Assembly (NCBI GenBank): GCA_963677435.1
Contig: OY781945.1
Location: 1,664,001-1,728,000 of the forward strand
Direction of reading: 5' to 3'
From: an uncultured Aliarcobacter sp.
Lineage (GTDB): Bacteria; Campylobacterota; Campylobacteria; Campylobacterales; Arcobacteraceae
Length of the DNA: 64,000 nucleotides
Shown: one piece after another, positions 54,569-64,000 of the stretch
How positions within the stretch are numbered: the first letter of the stretch is position 1
Layout: each line of letters starts with the position of its first letter
Notes under the pieces: generated by a model
Databases searched by the model: none
Seen by the model: the letters and a program-made list of their open reading frames with translations, nothing else
What the model was told of the DNA's origin: nothing
Position numbers and translations under genes: made by a program

Positions 54569-56626
54569 ATGGAGTCTTATATAAAAAAAATATATTTAAA
54601 ATTATTATTTGTTTTATTATTTATATCAAATAATCTTATTGCAGAAAATCTTGAAAATCTTCTTGATAATGTAAATGATTATGCAAAAAATAATAATATG
54701 AATATTGAGTATCAACCTTCATCCCTTACCATACTTTATGGAGATGACTTAGAAGCATTAGGAATTAAAACATTAAGCGAAGCTTTAGATTTTGTTCCTG
54801 GAATTCAAACAATGGATGGATCAACTAATTTTTCAAGAATATCTTTTCGAGGTACCATAAAACCTTATGACATTATTAATGAACAAATTAGATTCTATAT
54901 AAATGGAATAGATGTATATTATAACTATTTTTCACATTTCCCTATTAATTTAATAGAAAGAATAGAAATCACAAGAGGAGGAATCTCTGTTGCTTATGGA
55001 GAAGGAGGATTTCTAGGTTCTATAAATATAGTTACAAAAATTGATAATTATGATGAAAATGGAATTAGTTTAGGTACTGGTAGTTTTAATGAGAAAAATG
55101 GTTCTGTTTTTTTTAATAAAAATTTTAATAAATGGAAATTAGGCATTGATTCTTATTATTTAAATAATGATAAAAAAGTATTTGCTCCATCTGCTAATTT
55201 AATAAATTATAATATATCAAATAGTAATCTTGATAGAAAAAAAGAGTCATTTGAAGGTGTTGAAGAAAAAGCTTTTGGGATAAACCTAAAAAATGATAAT
55301 TGGATTTTTAACTCAAGATATTTAGAATCAACATCACAAAATCATTATGGTTTTTTAGGCTATTTAGATTTTGATGATAGCGGATATTCAAAATATACAG
55401 TTTCAACCTCTCAAATTGTATATGAAAATTATATATCTAATAATAATAAAATTAAATCAAAAATAGGCTATTTGAACTATAATTATAAATTAAATACATA
55501 TTTATACAAGTTTGAACCCAATTCTATTGGACTATATGATCCTCATTATCAGGTTGATTATACAAAACAAGATATATTTAGTGAAGTTTCCATCACCAAT
55601 AGTAGTATAAAAAATCATCAAATTGTATATGGAATAAGCTTTTCATATTCACATATACCTAAAAATAATTATTATACAAATGCTGATTATATTGGAAAAG
55701 TAGGGCTATATGACCCTTCAAATGATGCATATCTACCTATATCTAGTGATTTAACTACTTTGAGTGGTAATGAAGGTTTTCTTAATAATATAGAAAGTCA
55801 AACGAATTATTCATATTATGTTCAAGATACTTTTTCTTTTAATGATAATTTAAATTTTTTATTTAATACAAAAATAAATGATTCCGAATATTCAGATAAG
55901 TTAATAAATTATACTCTATCTAGTGTTTATTCAACTGATAATATAAATATTTATAAAGCAACCTTTTCAAAAAATCATAGGACACCTTCTCGTATAGAAA
56001 GTTTTCTTAGTGGACACCTTTCTGCTTTTGGTAATGAGAATTTAAAACCAGAAAAATCTAATACTTTGGAATTAATTTATAATTATATTAATGATAATGA
56101 TAGTTTTAAATTAAATAATTATTATTCAATTTATGAAAATAGTATTGATGTAATGAATAATGGAACAAGTTATCAATATTATAATAATGAAGATGATTTA
56201 AATAATTATGGTTTAGAAGTGGAATATTCAAGAAATTTTGAAAATCGATCAAAATTTTTATTTAACAGTAGTTATTCTATTTATAAGTATAAAAATAAAG
56301 AGTTTGATTCTGCTGATGTTAATACTCCAATAGCTTCAAAAATAACTGCAAATGTGGGGTATATATATCCTATAAATTCAAAACTAAGTGTAAGTGGAAC
56401 TTCTAAATATTATGGAGCAAAAGCTCTTCTAAATGATACTAAAATTGATGATGTCGTTCTTTTTAATCTTTCTTCTTCTTATTTTATTAATGATGATATG
56501 AAAATTCTTTTTAGTCTTAAAAATGTTTTAGATACTAAATATTACTATTATGGCTTTAATACTTTAGATGAAAAAATGTTAAGAGAAGGTAGAACTTGGA
56601 ATTTGAGTCTGAGTTATGAATTTTAA
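54569..56626 (+). CDS. TonB-dependent receptor of the YfiR-associated type
   Basis: Signal peptide, plug G..TL.EAL..VPG, IERIEI.RG..S..YG, LKPE, terminal YEF. Confidence 0.85.
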   Translation: MESYIKKIYLKLLFVLLFISNNLIAENLENLLDNVNDYAKNNNMNIEYQPSSLTILYGDDLEALGIKTLSEALDFVPGIQTMDGSTNFSRISFRGTIKPYDIINEQIRFYINGIDVYYNYFSHFPINLIERIEITRGGISVAYGEGGFLGSINIVTKIDNYDENGISLGTGSFNEKNGSVFFNKNFNKWKLGIDSYYLNNDKKVFAPSANLINYNISNSNLDRKKESFEGVEEKAFGINLKNDNWIFNSRYLESTSQNHYGFLGYLDFDDSGYSKYTVSTSQIVYENYISNNNKIKSKIGYLNYNYKLNTYLYKFEPNSIGLYDPHYQVDYTKQDIFSEVSITNSSIKNHQIVYGISFSYSHIPKNNYYTNADYIGKVGLYDPSNDAYLPISSDLTTLSGNEGFLNNIESQTNYSYYVQDTFSFNDNLNFLFNTKINDSEYSDKLINYTLSSVYSTDNINIYKATFSKNHRTPSRIESFLSGHLSAFGNENLKPEKSNTLELIYNYINDNDSFKLNNYYSIYENSIDVMNNGTSYQYYNNEDDLNNYGLEVEYSRNFENRSKFLFNSSYSIYKYKNKEFDSADVNTPIASKITANVGYIYPINSKLSVSGTSKYYGAKALLNDTKIDDVVLFNLSSSYFINDDMKILFSLKNVLDTKYYYYGFNTLDEKMLREGRTWNLSLSYEF

Positions 56627-57155
56627 ACTAATATTTTTTTTTATTTTTACTTATGTAAATATCTATGCAAATAGTGTTTATGATTTAAATCTATTAATCC
56701 TTCAATCAAAAGTTTTTCCAAAAGTTATCCTAGCTGATTATAATATAAATGAAAAAGTAATTGATAATAAAATTGTATTTACTATTTTATATGAAGAGAT
56801 AGATACAAATATAGCTAATAAATTTAAAAAAATGATAGAGCAAAATTATCCAAAATTAAAAGAGTATGAAGTCGAACTTCGACTACTACAATATAAAGAT
56901 TTTTCACAAAAGACTCAACTAGATACTGCATATATCTTTCTTTTAGGAAAAGAAAAAGAAATTACTGAAATATCAAAGTTTATTACAAATAATAAAAGAT
57001 TAAGTTTTTCTTATGATAAAAACTATGTAGATTATGGAGTTGTTTTTGGTTTAGAAATTAGTTCAACGGTCTCTTTATTGTTAAATCTTAATAGTTTAAA
57101 ACAAAGTCAAATAAATCTAGAAAATAGTATTTTCAAAGTGACAAAAATAAAATGA
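56616..57155 (+). CDS. YfiR/HmsC (DUF4154)-like periplasmic protein
   Basis: Signal peptide, FPK motif, C-terminal G..FG......L.LN...LK.S.I.L...I.KV pattern; located between receptor and kinase. Confidence 0.6.
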   Translation: MNFKLIFFFIFTYVNIYANSVYDLNLLILQSKVFPKVILADYNINEKVIDNKIVFTILYEEIDTNIANKFKKMIEQNYPKLKEYEVELRLLQYKDFSQKTQLDTAYIFLLGKEKEITEISKFITNNKRLSFSYDKNYVDYGVVFGLEISSTVSLLLNLNSLKQSQINLENSIFKVTKIK

Positions 57156-58525
57156 AAAAACTATCAATCATAACTCAAGTTATTTTAATAAATATTTTTG
57201 TCATGGCTTTATTTATTTGCATATTTATATCACAAAATTATTCAGTTGTATCAAAACAATTAGATACTCTTGAAGATGAAAAAATCAACTCAATTGTAAA
57301 AACTTTAGAACCTTTAGTTTCTATCAATTTAGCCTTAGATTTAAAAGATAACTATATTTCTGCCATAGAAAATATTATTAAAAATAATGAAGAGATAGTA
57401 TCTATTAAATTATTTGACGATAAAGAACAGGTAATTTATAAAAATAATAGATTATCAAAAGAGATTCTAAATACAAAAGAAATATCTATAGTTTTAACTG
57501 ATAATCTTTTGAAAACATCAATAGGTACTATGAGAGTTTATTACACTTTTTCAAATATCTATACTGAACTTCTAGCTGATTTTAAAATATTTCTTTTTTA
57601 TATGTTTATACTTTTTATAATAAGTTTGTTGATTTTAACAATATTAATAAAAAGAAATTTAAATCCTCTTCAAATTTTAAAAAATAAGATTCAAAAGTAC
57701 AGTTTTGAAGATAAAGTTATTTTCAATAAAATGCAAGGAAATAATGAATTAGTAGTTATAAATAATAGTATTAAACAGATGGTCGAAAGACTAGAAAAAG
57801 AAGTAGATATAAGAATCTTATATGAAAAAGAGATTATGCAAAAAAATCGTCTAGCTTCCCAAGGTGAAATGCTTGATAATATTGCCCATCAATGGAGGCA
57901 ACCTTTGATGAAAATAAATGCAATCTTACTAAATATTGACAGAATGTCTGAATTAAACAGCCTAGAAAAAAGTTATTTATCAGAAAAAATAAGTGAAGCT
58001 TCAAATACAACCTATTATATGTCCCAAACAATTGAAGTATTTAGGGAATTTGTAAATCCAAATAAACAAAAAGAAGAGTTTGAAATAATTGATGTAATTA
58101 ATCAAGCTATAAATTTTATGAATTCTTCATTAGAAGAGGTGAAAATATCTTTTAGATATAAGAAAAATCCTTTAGTTTTTGGTATGAAAAATGAGTTAAT
58201 TCAAGTCTTTATCTCTTTATTTACGAATTCAGTTGATATTTTTGAACAAAAAAATATAAAAAATAGCAAAATAGATATAAGAATTTTTGAAAAAAATAAT
58301 AATGTAGTTGTTATATTAAAAGATAATGCAGGTGGAATAAAAGATGAACTTTTAGGAAAAATCTTTGATCCCTATGTAACAACAAAATTTAAATCAGGAG
58401 GTACAGGAATGGGACTTTATATTTGTAAACTTATTTTAGCAAATAGTTTTAATGGAACAATAAATGCTAAAAATTCAAGAGATGGTGCAATATTTATATT
58501 ACAGATAAAAGGTGAAAATAGATGA
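57152..58525 (+). CDS. Sensor histidine kinase
   Basis: Two TM helices, HAMP-like linker, GEML.NIAHQWRQPL, DNAGG, IFDPY.TTK and GTGMGL motifs. Confidence 0.93.
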   Translation: MKKLSIITQVILINIFVMALFICIFISQNYSVVSKQLDTLEDEKINSIVKTLEPLVSINLALDLKDNYISAIENIIKNNEEIVSIKLFDDKEQVIYKNNRLSKEILNTKEISIVLTDNLLKTSIGTMRVYYTFSNIYTELLADFKIFLFYMFILFIISLLILTILIKRNLNPLQILKNKIQKYSFEDKVIFNKMQGNNELVVINNSIKQMVERLEKEVDIRILYEKEIMQKNRLASQGEMLDNIAHQWRQPLMKINAILLNIDRMSELNSLEKSYLSEKISEASNTTYYMSQTIEVFREFVNPNKQKEEFEIIDVINQAINFMNSSLEEVKISFRYKKNPLVFGMKNELIQVFISLFTNSVDIFEQKNIKNSKIDIRIFEKNNNVVVILKDNAGGIKDELLGKIFDPYVTTKFKSGGTGMGLYICKLILANSFNGTINAKNSRDGAIFILQIKGENR

Positions 58526-59205
58526 AAGAAGTTTTAAAAGATATTACTTTACTTTATGCTGAGGATGATTTGGAAGTTCAAAAACAGATGGTAGAGTATT
58601 TTGAAACATTTTTTAAAAAGATTTATGTGGTATCTCAAGGGAAAGAAGCTTTAGAATTTTATAAAAAATACAAACCAGAACTTATGATAGTAGATATTTT
58701 TATGCCAGAGTTGGATGGTCTAACTTTGGCTGAATTAATTAGAAAAGATGATTACAAAACAAAGATTGTAGTTTTAAGTGCTCATTCTCAATCAGAATTA
58801 ATTTTAAAAGCTATTAATATTAATATAAATCATTATCTTATCAAACCAGCAACTTTGCAAAAAATGAAAGAGATGATGGATAAAATTTCAGAAGAATTTG
58901 TGCGAGATTTTAAATATATTGTATCTTTAGGCTCTTCAATTCATTATGATATAAATCAAAAAAAACTTATTTCAAATGCAGATGAAATAACTCTTTCGAA
59001 TAAAGAAAATAGAGTTTTAGAAATTTTGATTCAAAATATAGGAAAAGCTGTATCTATACATGATATAGGAAACTTTGTTTGGAGAGATTCTATTGATTTT
59101 GTTTCAAATGAATCTATAAAAATGCAAGTTAGTAATCTAAGAAAAAAATTACCAAATAATCTGATTACAAATGTATATGGTGTAGGATATATGTTAAAAA
59201 TATAA
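58522..59205 (+). CDS. OmpR-family response regulator
   Basis: LLYAEDD, DIFMP.LDG, YLIKP, winged helix LRKKLP...NVYGVGY. Confidence 0.93.
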   Translation: MKEVLKDITLLYAEDDLEVQKQMVEYFETFFKKIYVVSQGKEALEFYKKYKPELMIVDIFMPELDGLTLAELIRKDDYKTKIVVLSAHSQSELILKAINININHYLIKPATLQKMKEMMDKISEEFVRDFKYIVSLGSSIHYDINQKKLISNADEITLSNKENRVLEILIQNIGKAVSIHDIGNFVWRDSIDFVSNESIKMQVSNLRKKLPNNLITNVYGVGYMLKI

Positions 59206-59227
59206 AATTCAAAAAATCCTCAAAATT

Positions 59228-59257
59228 TTACACTTCATTACACTCTTCTTTTATAAT
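59228..59257 (+). promoter_or_regulatory. Tandem direct repeat and -10 box upstream of the FHA-like gene (candidate response-regulator site)
   Basis: TTACACT-TCA-TTACACT (10-bp period), then TATAAT at 59252-59257. Confidence 0.55.
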
Positions 59258-59289
59258 AATGAATAAAAATTATTCTAAGAGGAAAGATA

Positions 59290-62200
59290 ATGAAGTTTAA
59301 ATCAGATTTTAGCTCAAGATTTAGAATCCTAAAAGGTGGAAAAATATCCTTGATGGTATCAGCCTTATTAGGAGGAGTAACACTTAGTGTTGCAGCTCCA
59401 ACAGCAGGAGTAGTAACAAGTGGAACAGCAAATATTTCACAAAATGGAAATACTACAAATATAAACCAAAGTTCTAATAAAGCCACAATTAATTGGCAAG
59501 ATTTTTCAATCAAATCAAATGAAACAGTAAACTTTAATCAGCCAAATAAAAATAGTATAACTTTAAATAGAGTTGTAGGTAATGAAAAATCAGTAATAGA
59601 TGGAGCACTAAACGCAAATGGACAAGTTTGGATTTTAAACTCAAATGGTGTGTTGTTTAATAAAACAGCAAAAGTAAATACAGCAGGAATAGTAGCTACC
59701 ACAAAAGAGTTAAGTGATGCAGACTTTAATGCTGGAAATTATAACTTCAAAGGTGACTCAAAAGCTAGTGTTATAAACCTAGGAACTATAGAAGTATCAA
59801 ATAGTGGTTATGTAGTTCTAGCTTCAAATGAAGTAAAAAACCAAGGGACTATAAAAGCAGTAAAAGGAAAAGTATATCTATCAGGTGCAGATAAATATAG
59901 CTTAAATTTAAATGGAAACTCTCTTGTAAGCCTTAGTGTAAAAAAAGGTGTTTTAGATGCTTTAGTAAAAAACTCAGGAACTATTATTGCTAATGGTGGA
60001 GAAATTTATCTAAGTACAAATGCTATAAATGAACTACTAAAAGGTGTAGTAAATAATACAGGGATTCTTGAAGCTAATTCTTTGGATGGATTAACTGGGA
60101 AAGTAGAATTGTTTGCCCATGGTGGAGAAGTTCAAGTAGGTGGAACAATAAAAGCAAAAGATGGCTTTGTTGAAACTTCAGGGAAAAAATTTTCAATTGA
60201 TAAAAATACAAATATCAAAGCAAAAACTTGGTTAATAGACCCTACAAATTTAACAGTAAATGATTCAACAGCTTATGAAACAGCACTAGGAAATGGAACA
60301 GACACTTTAATCAAAACAGATAATGCAACAGGAAGTGATGAGGGGAATATCTATATCAATGATACGATTAATTGGACAACAAACGCAAAACTTACCCTTG
60401 ATGCTTATAATAATATTTATATCAATAAAGCAATAAGTGCTACCAATGGAAAACTTGCTTTATATTATGGAGATAGTGGAGATTATTATATAAATGCAAA
60501 AGTAAACCTAAGTGCAGGTCAAAATTTCTTTACAAAAAAAGCAAGTGATTTAGCTGAGACCTCTTGGACAGTTGTAACAACAGCAAGTGATGTACAAAGT
60601 ATGTCTTTATCAGGAAATACAGTTTTAGGTGCAGATGTAGATGCAAGTGGTATTTCAAATTGGACTCCAATAGGAAATCTCTCAACAAGATTCACAGGAA
60701 ATTTTGATGGACTTGGACATACTATTGATAAACTTTATATAAATAATAGTTCATCTAATTACCTTGGATTATTTGGCGCTACCAATTCCTCAAGCACCAT
60801 AAAAAATGTTGGACTTATTAATGTGAATATTATTGGAAATGACTTTGTCGGAGGTTTGGTTGGTGCTACTGCTTCAACAATCAAAAACTCATATGTTAGT
60901 GGAACAGTGAGTGGAAGAAATTATATTGGAGGTTTAGTTGGATGGAATGATTCAACAATCGAAAACTCATATGCTAGTGCAACAGTGAGTGGATATAGCT
61001 TTGTCGGAGGTTTGGTTGGAATTAATACTTCAACAATCAAATATTCATATGCTAGTGGAACAGTGAGTGGATATAGTAATTTTGGAGGTTTGGTTGGAAG
61101 TGATAATGATATAATCGAAAACTCATACTATAATAAAGATACAAATACAGCAAGTATGGGTGATAGTTATCTTGGGAAAACAAAAGCAGAGATTTTAGCT
61201 GCATTTGCTGGAAATACTGCTTGGGTGACAACTGGGGCAGATATTGTGGGATATGGTATTTTTGATAGTGGTATTAGCTTGCCTCTTTTAAAAACATTTG
61301 CAATACCCACATCTACACTTTTTGAAAGTGGATATGGAACAGAAGAAAGTGCTTATACAATCACAAACTGGACACAACTACAAAATATCAATAATAGTAA
61401 TATTTTAACTAAAAACTACTATTTCCAACTTTTAAATAATCTTGGTGATACAACTTCAGATTATGCAAATCTAGCAAGTTCAACTGCAAATGGTGGAGCT
61501 GGATGGAATAGTTTAGGAAATGGCTCAGCACAATTTAAAGGAAACTTTGATGGACTTGGACATACTATTGATAAACTTTATATAAATAATAGTACTGATG
61601 AATTTATAGGACTTTTTGGATATACAAATGGTGCAATTATTAGCAATGTTGGTCTTACGAATATTGATATTACCGCGAGTTATGAAGAGGCTAATGTAGG
61701 AGCATTAGTAGGAAAGAATGAAAATTCTACAATAAATAATTCATATGCAATAGGAAGTGTAACTGCAAATGGTACATATAGTAATGTAGGAGGATTAGTT
61801 GGATGGAATCATTCTGATTCTACAATAAATAATTCATATGCAAGAGGAAGTGTAACTTCAAGTGTTGAAGGTGCTACTGTAGGAGGATTGGTTGGAATAA
61901 ATAATAATTCTTCAATAGATAATTCATATGCAACAGGAAGCGTTGCTGGAAATGGTGAATATAGTGAGGTTGGAGGATTAATTGGAAGGGGATATTCTTC
62001 TACAATAAATAATTCATATGCAAGTGGAAGTGTCACCGTAAAAAATGAGCTGGGTGAATCTTATTCAGGAGGTTTATATGGTAGAAATACAAGTTCTGCT
62101 GCACCTACTAATTCATGGTACGATAATGAAGCAAATACAGATAGTTCTATGATTGATACTTCTTACGGAAAAACAAAAGCAGAAATTTTAGCTTTAGTTG

Positions 62201-64000
62201 GTGGAACTTGGGATAATACTATTTGGAGTAAAATAAGTGGTGGAAGTAGTGTAGAGGGATATGAGATATTAGAACTTCCATATTTAATTGGTGTTACAAG
62301 AGATGAAGATAAATCTGTAGTATTATTATTTAATAGTGGATTAGGAACAAGTGTAAATCCATATACTATAAAAAACTGGACACAACTACAAAATATCAAT
62401 AATAGTAATATTTTAACTCAAAACTACTATTTCCAACTTTTAAATAATCTTGATAGTTCAAGTTCAGGTTATACAAATCTAGCAAGTTCAACTGCAAATG
62501 ATGGAGCTGGATGGAATCCTTTGGGAAAAAATGATAGTTTAGCTTTTACAGGAAACTTTGATGGACTTGGTCATACTATTGATTCTCTTTATATAAATCG
62601 TCCAAATATGGATAATGTTGGACTTTTTGGATTGATAAATGGATCAACTATTAAAAATATAGGTTTAATCAACACTACTGTAACAGGGAAGGACTATGTA
62701 GGCGCATTAGTTGGACTCAACAAACAAAGTATTGTTAAAAATGTTTATTCATCAAATGGAAGTATAAGTGGTAAAAACTCTCTAGGAGGTTTAATTGGAA
62801 ATAACATTAATTTTTCAAATATTACTAACTCTTATGCAAGTGGAAGTGTAACTGGAATCGGAAGTACATTCTTTACAGGTGGTTTAGTTGGATCTAATAG
62901 TTCATCATCGACAATAGAAAATTCATATTTTACAGGAAGTATTATAGGGCATTCTTATGTAGGTGGTTTAGTGGGAGTTAGTACACTTGATGCTGGAATA
63001 ATTAAAGATTCTTTCTATAACAATGAAACTTCAAATTTTAATGGTGTAGGAGGTAATGGTTCTAATGGTAATCCTGTAAGTGGAGTTACTGGTCTAACAA
63101 CAGCACAAATGGCTTATGGTAAATATTTTAGTGATGCTGGTTGGGATATATTAGTAGATAGTTCAGTTACTTCTTCAACGCCAGTTTTAAAATATGATAG
63201 TGTAAATGATAAATATGTATGGGCAATAGCACCCCTATCATTGTCATATAATTTAGGAACTAAAACTTCGCAATATAATGGATTAACACAAAATTTAAGT
63301 AGTTTTTATACAACAGCAACTTCAATCTTTGGAAATAGTTATAGCTTTTTAGATGGAACATATAAATTCCAAGTAAATGGAATAGATGTAACAGGATATA
63401 AAAATGCAGCTACTTATGAGAATATAAAAGTAGCTTCAACAAATGATTTCTTAAATATTGCAAGTTCTGGGAATACAGATGGAAGTTTAACAATCACTCC
63501 AAAAGCAATAAGCGTAAGTGCAGAAAATAAAAGTAAAATCTATGGACAAACAGATTCAACTTTAACATATACAACAACTGGCCTAGTAGGAAATGATACA
63601 TTAAGTGGAAGTTTAAAAAGAGTATCAGGAGAAAATGTAGGAGAATATGTAATTTCACAAAATGATTTGACAAACTCAAACTATACAATTACATTTGATA
63701 ATGGAAAATATACAATCACTCCAAAAGCAATAACAGTAAGTGCAGAAAATAAAAGTAAAATCTATGGAAATACAGATGAAATTCTAACTTATACAACAAC
63801 TGGCCTAGTAGGAAATGATACTTTAAGTGGAAGTTTACAAAGAGTATCAGGAGAAAATGTAGGGGAATATGTAATTTCACAAAATGATTTGACAAACTCA
63901 AACTATACAATTACATTTGATAATGGAAAATACACAATCACTCCAAAAGCAATAACAGTAAGTGCAGAAAATAAATCTAAAACCCAAGGAGAGAATAATC
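59290..64000 (+). CDS. Giant filamentous-haemagglutinin-like exoprotein (TPS domain, GLUG and MBG repeats); 3' end lies outside the window and it is absent from the ORF track
   Basis: GAGGA SD; extended signal MKFKSDFSSRFRILKGGKISL; TPS motifs INWQDFSI, LNRV.G and NSNGVLF; many VGGLVG repeats; C-terminal ITPKAI.VSAENKSK.YG repeats; no stop seen in the stretches I translated. Confidence 0.9.
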   Translation, partial: MKFKSDFSSRFRILKGGKISLMVSALLGGVTLSVAAPTAGVVTSGTANISQNGNTTNINQSSNKATINWQDFSIKSNETVNFNQPNKNSITLNRVVGNEKSVIDGALNANGQVWILNSNGVLFNKTAKVNTAGIVATTKELSDADFNAGNYNFKGDSKASVINLGTIEVSNSGYVVLASNEVKNQGTIKAVKGKVYLSGADKYSLNLNGNSLVSLSVKKGVLDALVKNSGTIIANGGEIYLSTNAINELLKGVVNNTGILEANSLDGLTGKVELFAHGGEVQVGGTIKAKDGFVETSGKKFSIDKNTNIKAKTWLIDPTNLTVNDSTAYETALGNGTDTLIKTDNATGSDEGNIYINDTINWTTNAKLTLDAYNNIYINKAISATNGKLALYYGDSGDYYINAKVNLSAGQNFFTKKASDLAETSWTVVTTASDVQSMSLSGNTVLGADVDASGISNWTPIGNLSTRFTGNFDGLGHTIDKLYINNSSSNYLGLFGATNSSSTIKNVGLINVNIIGNDFVGGLVGATASTIKNSYVSGTVSGRNYIGGLVGWNDSTIENSYASATVSGYSFVGGLVGINTSTIKYSYASGTVSGYSNFGGLVGSDNDIIENSYYNKDTNTASMGDSYLGKTKAEILAAFAGNTAWVTTGADIVGYGIFDSGISLPLLKTFAIPTSTLFESGYGTEESAYTITNWTQLQNINNSNILTKNYYFQLLNNLGDTTSDYANLASSTANGGAGWNSLGNGSAQFKGNFDGLGHTIDKLYINNSTDEFIGLFGYTNGAIISNVGLTNIDITASYEEANVGALVGKNENSTINNSYAIGSVTANGTYSNVGGLVGWNHSDSTINNSYARGSVTSSVEGATVGGLVGINNNSSIDNSYATGSVAGNGEYSEVGGLIGRGYSSTINNSYASGSVTVKNELGESYSGGLYGRNTSSAAPTNSWYDNEANTDSSMIDTSYGKTKAEILALVGGTWDNTIWSKISGGSSVEGYEILELPYLIGVTRDEDKSVVLLFNSGLGTSVNPYTIKNWTQLQNINNSNILTQNYYFQLLNNLDSSSSGYTNLASSTANDGAGWNPLGKNDSLAFTGNFDGLGHTIDSLYINRPNMDNVGLFGLINGSTIKNIGLINTTVTGKDYVGALVGLNKQSIVKNVYSSNGSISGKNSLGGLIGNNINFSNITNSYASGSVTGIGSTFFTGGLVGSNSSSSTIENSYFTGSIIGHSYVGGLVGVSTLDAGIIKDSFYNNETSNFNGVGGNGSNGNPVSGVTGLTTAQMAYGKYFSDAGWDILVDSSVTSSTPVLKYDSVNDKYVWAIAPLSLSYNLGTKTSQYNGLTQNLSSFYTTATSIFGNSYSFLDGTYKFQVNGIDVTGYKNAATYENIKVASTNDFLNIASSGNTDGSLTITPKAISVSAENKSKIYGQTDSTLTYTTTGLVGNDTLSGSLKRVSGENVGEYVISQNDLTNSNYTITFDNGKYTITPKAITVSAENKSKIYGNTDEILTYTTTGLVGNDTLSGSLQRVSGENVGEYVISQNDLTNSNYTITFDNGKYTITPKAITVSAENKSKTQGENN
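61365..62582 (+). repeat. Internal module duplication with a period of about 1008 bp in the exoprotein
   Basis: An 80-bp near-identical block AAACTGGACACAACTACAAAATATC... at 61365 and 62373; GNFDGLGHTID occurs three times (about 60697, 61540, 62551). Confidence 0.8.
63490..64000 (+). repeat. 222-bp (74-aa) tandem MBG-domain repeats
   Basis: ACAATCACTCCAAAAGCAATA at 63490, 63712 and 63934 with near-identical units. Confidence 0.9.

Noticed and set aside
4369..63910. Other short ORF-track entries overlapping confident genes on the opposite strand (e.g. 25486-25890, 45797-46021, 59238-59513, 61809-62036)
   Set aside because: Antisense shadows of well-supported CDSs
63490..64000. Tandem repeats as a possible CRISPR array
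   Set aside because: The units are 222 bp, in frame and coding, with no unique spacers and no cas genes

Overview
A very AT-rich 64 kb bacterial chromosomal segment, most likely from the Arcobacteraceae (Campylobacterota). This assignment is inferred from base composition, TAnnnT-dominated promoters and gene content. I see no rRNA, tRNA, CRISPR array or IS transposase. Contents in order: (1) the end of a GGDEF gene and a REPIN-like palindrome pair; (2) a yeiE/yeiH-like LysR and exporter pair; (3) an uncharacterised three-gene operon (TusA-like/ferritin-like diiron protein, atypical acyl-CoA dehydrogenase-fold enzyme, signal-peptide-less PhnD-fold protein) with a structured leader; (4) an HxlR-linked quinone/electrophile detoxification cluster; (5) an auxiliary T6SS vgrG-effector-immunity locus followed by recombination scars; (6) a dispersed photo-oxidative-stress/furan-fatty-acid-like gene set (photolyase, cfa, DUF1365, FAD oxidoreductase, lipocalins, UbiB kinase, radical SAM repair pair), where four promoters (plus a weaker fifth) share a precise TACAAA-N7-TACAAA-N17-TAnnnT architecture; (7) an amidoligase/peptidase C26 pair; (8) an LRR-like protein and housekeeping genes; (9) a candidate anti-SD sRNA; (10) a Btu-like uptake locus and a cbiA with an ATA start; (11) a TonB receptor-YfiR-histidine kinase-response regulator operon ahead of a giant FHA/GLUG/MBG exoprotein that runs off the window end. 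All product calls come from motif recognition by eye; no database search was run.
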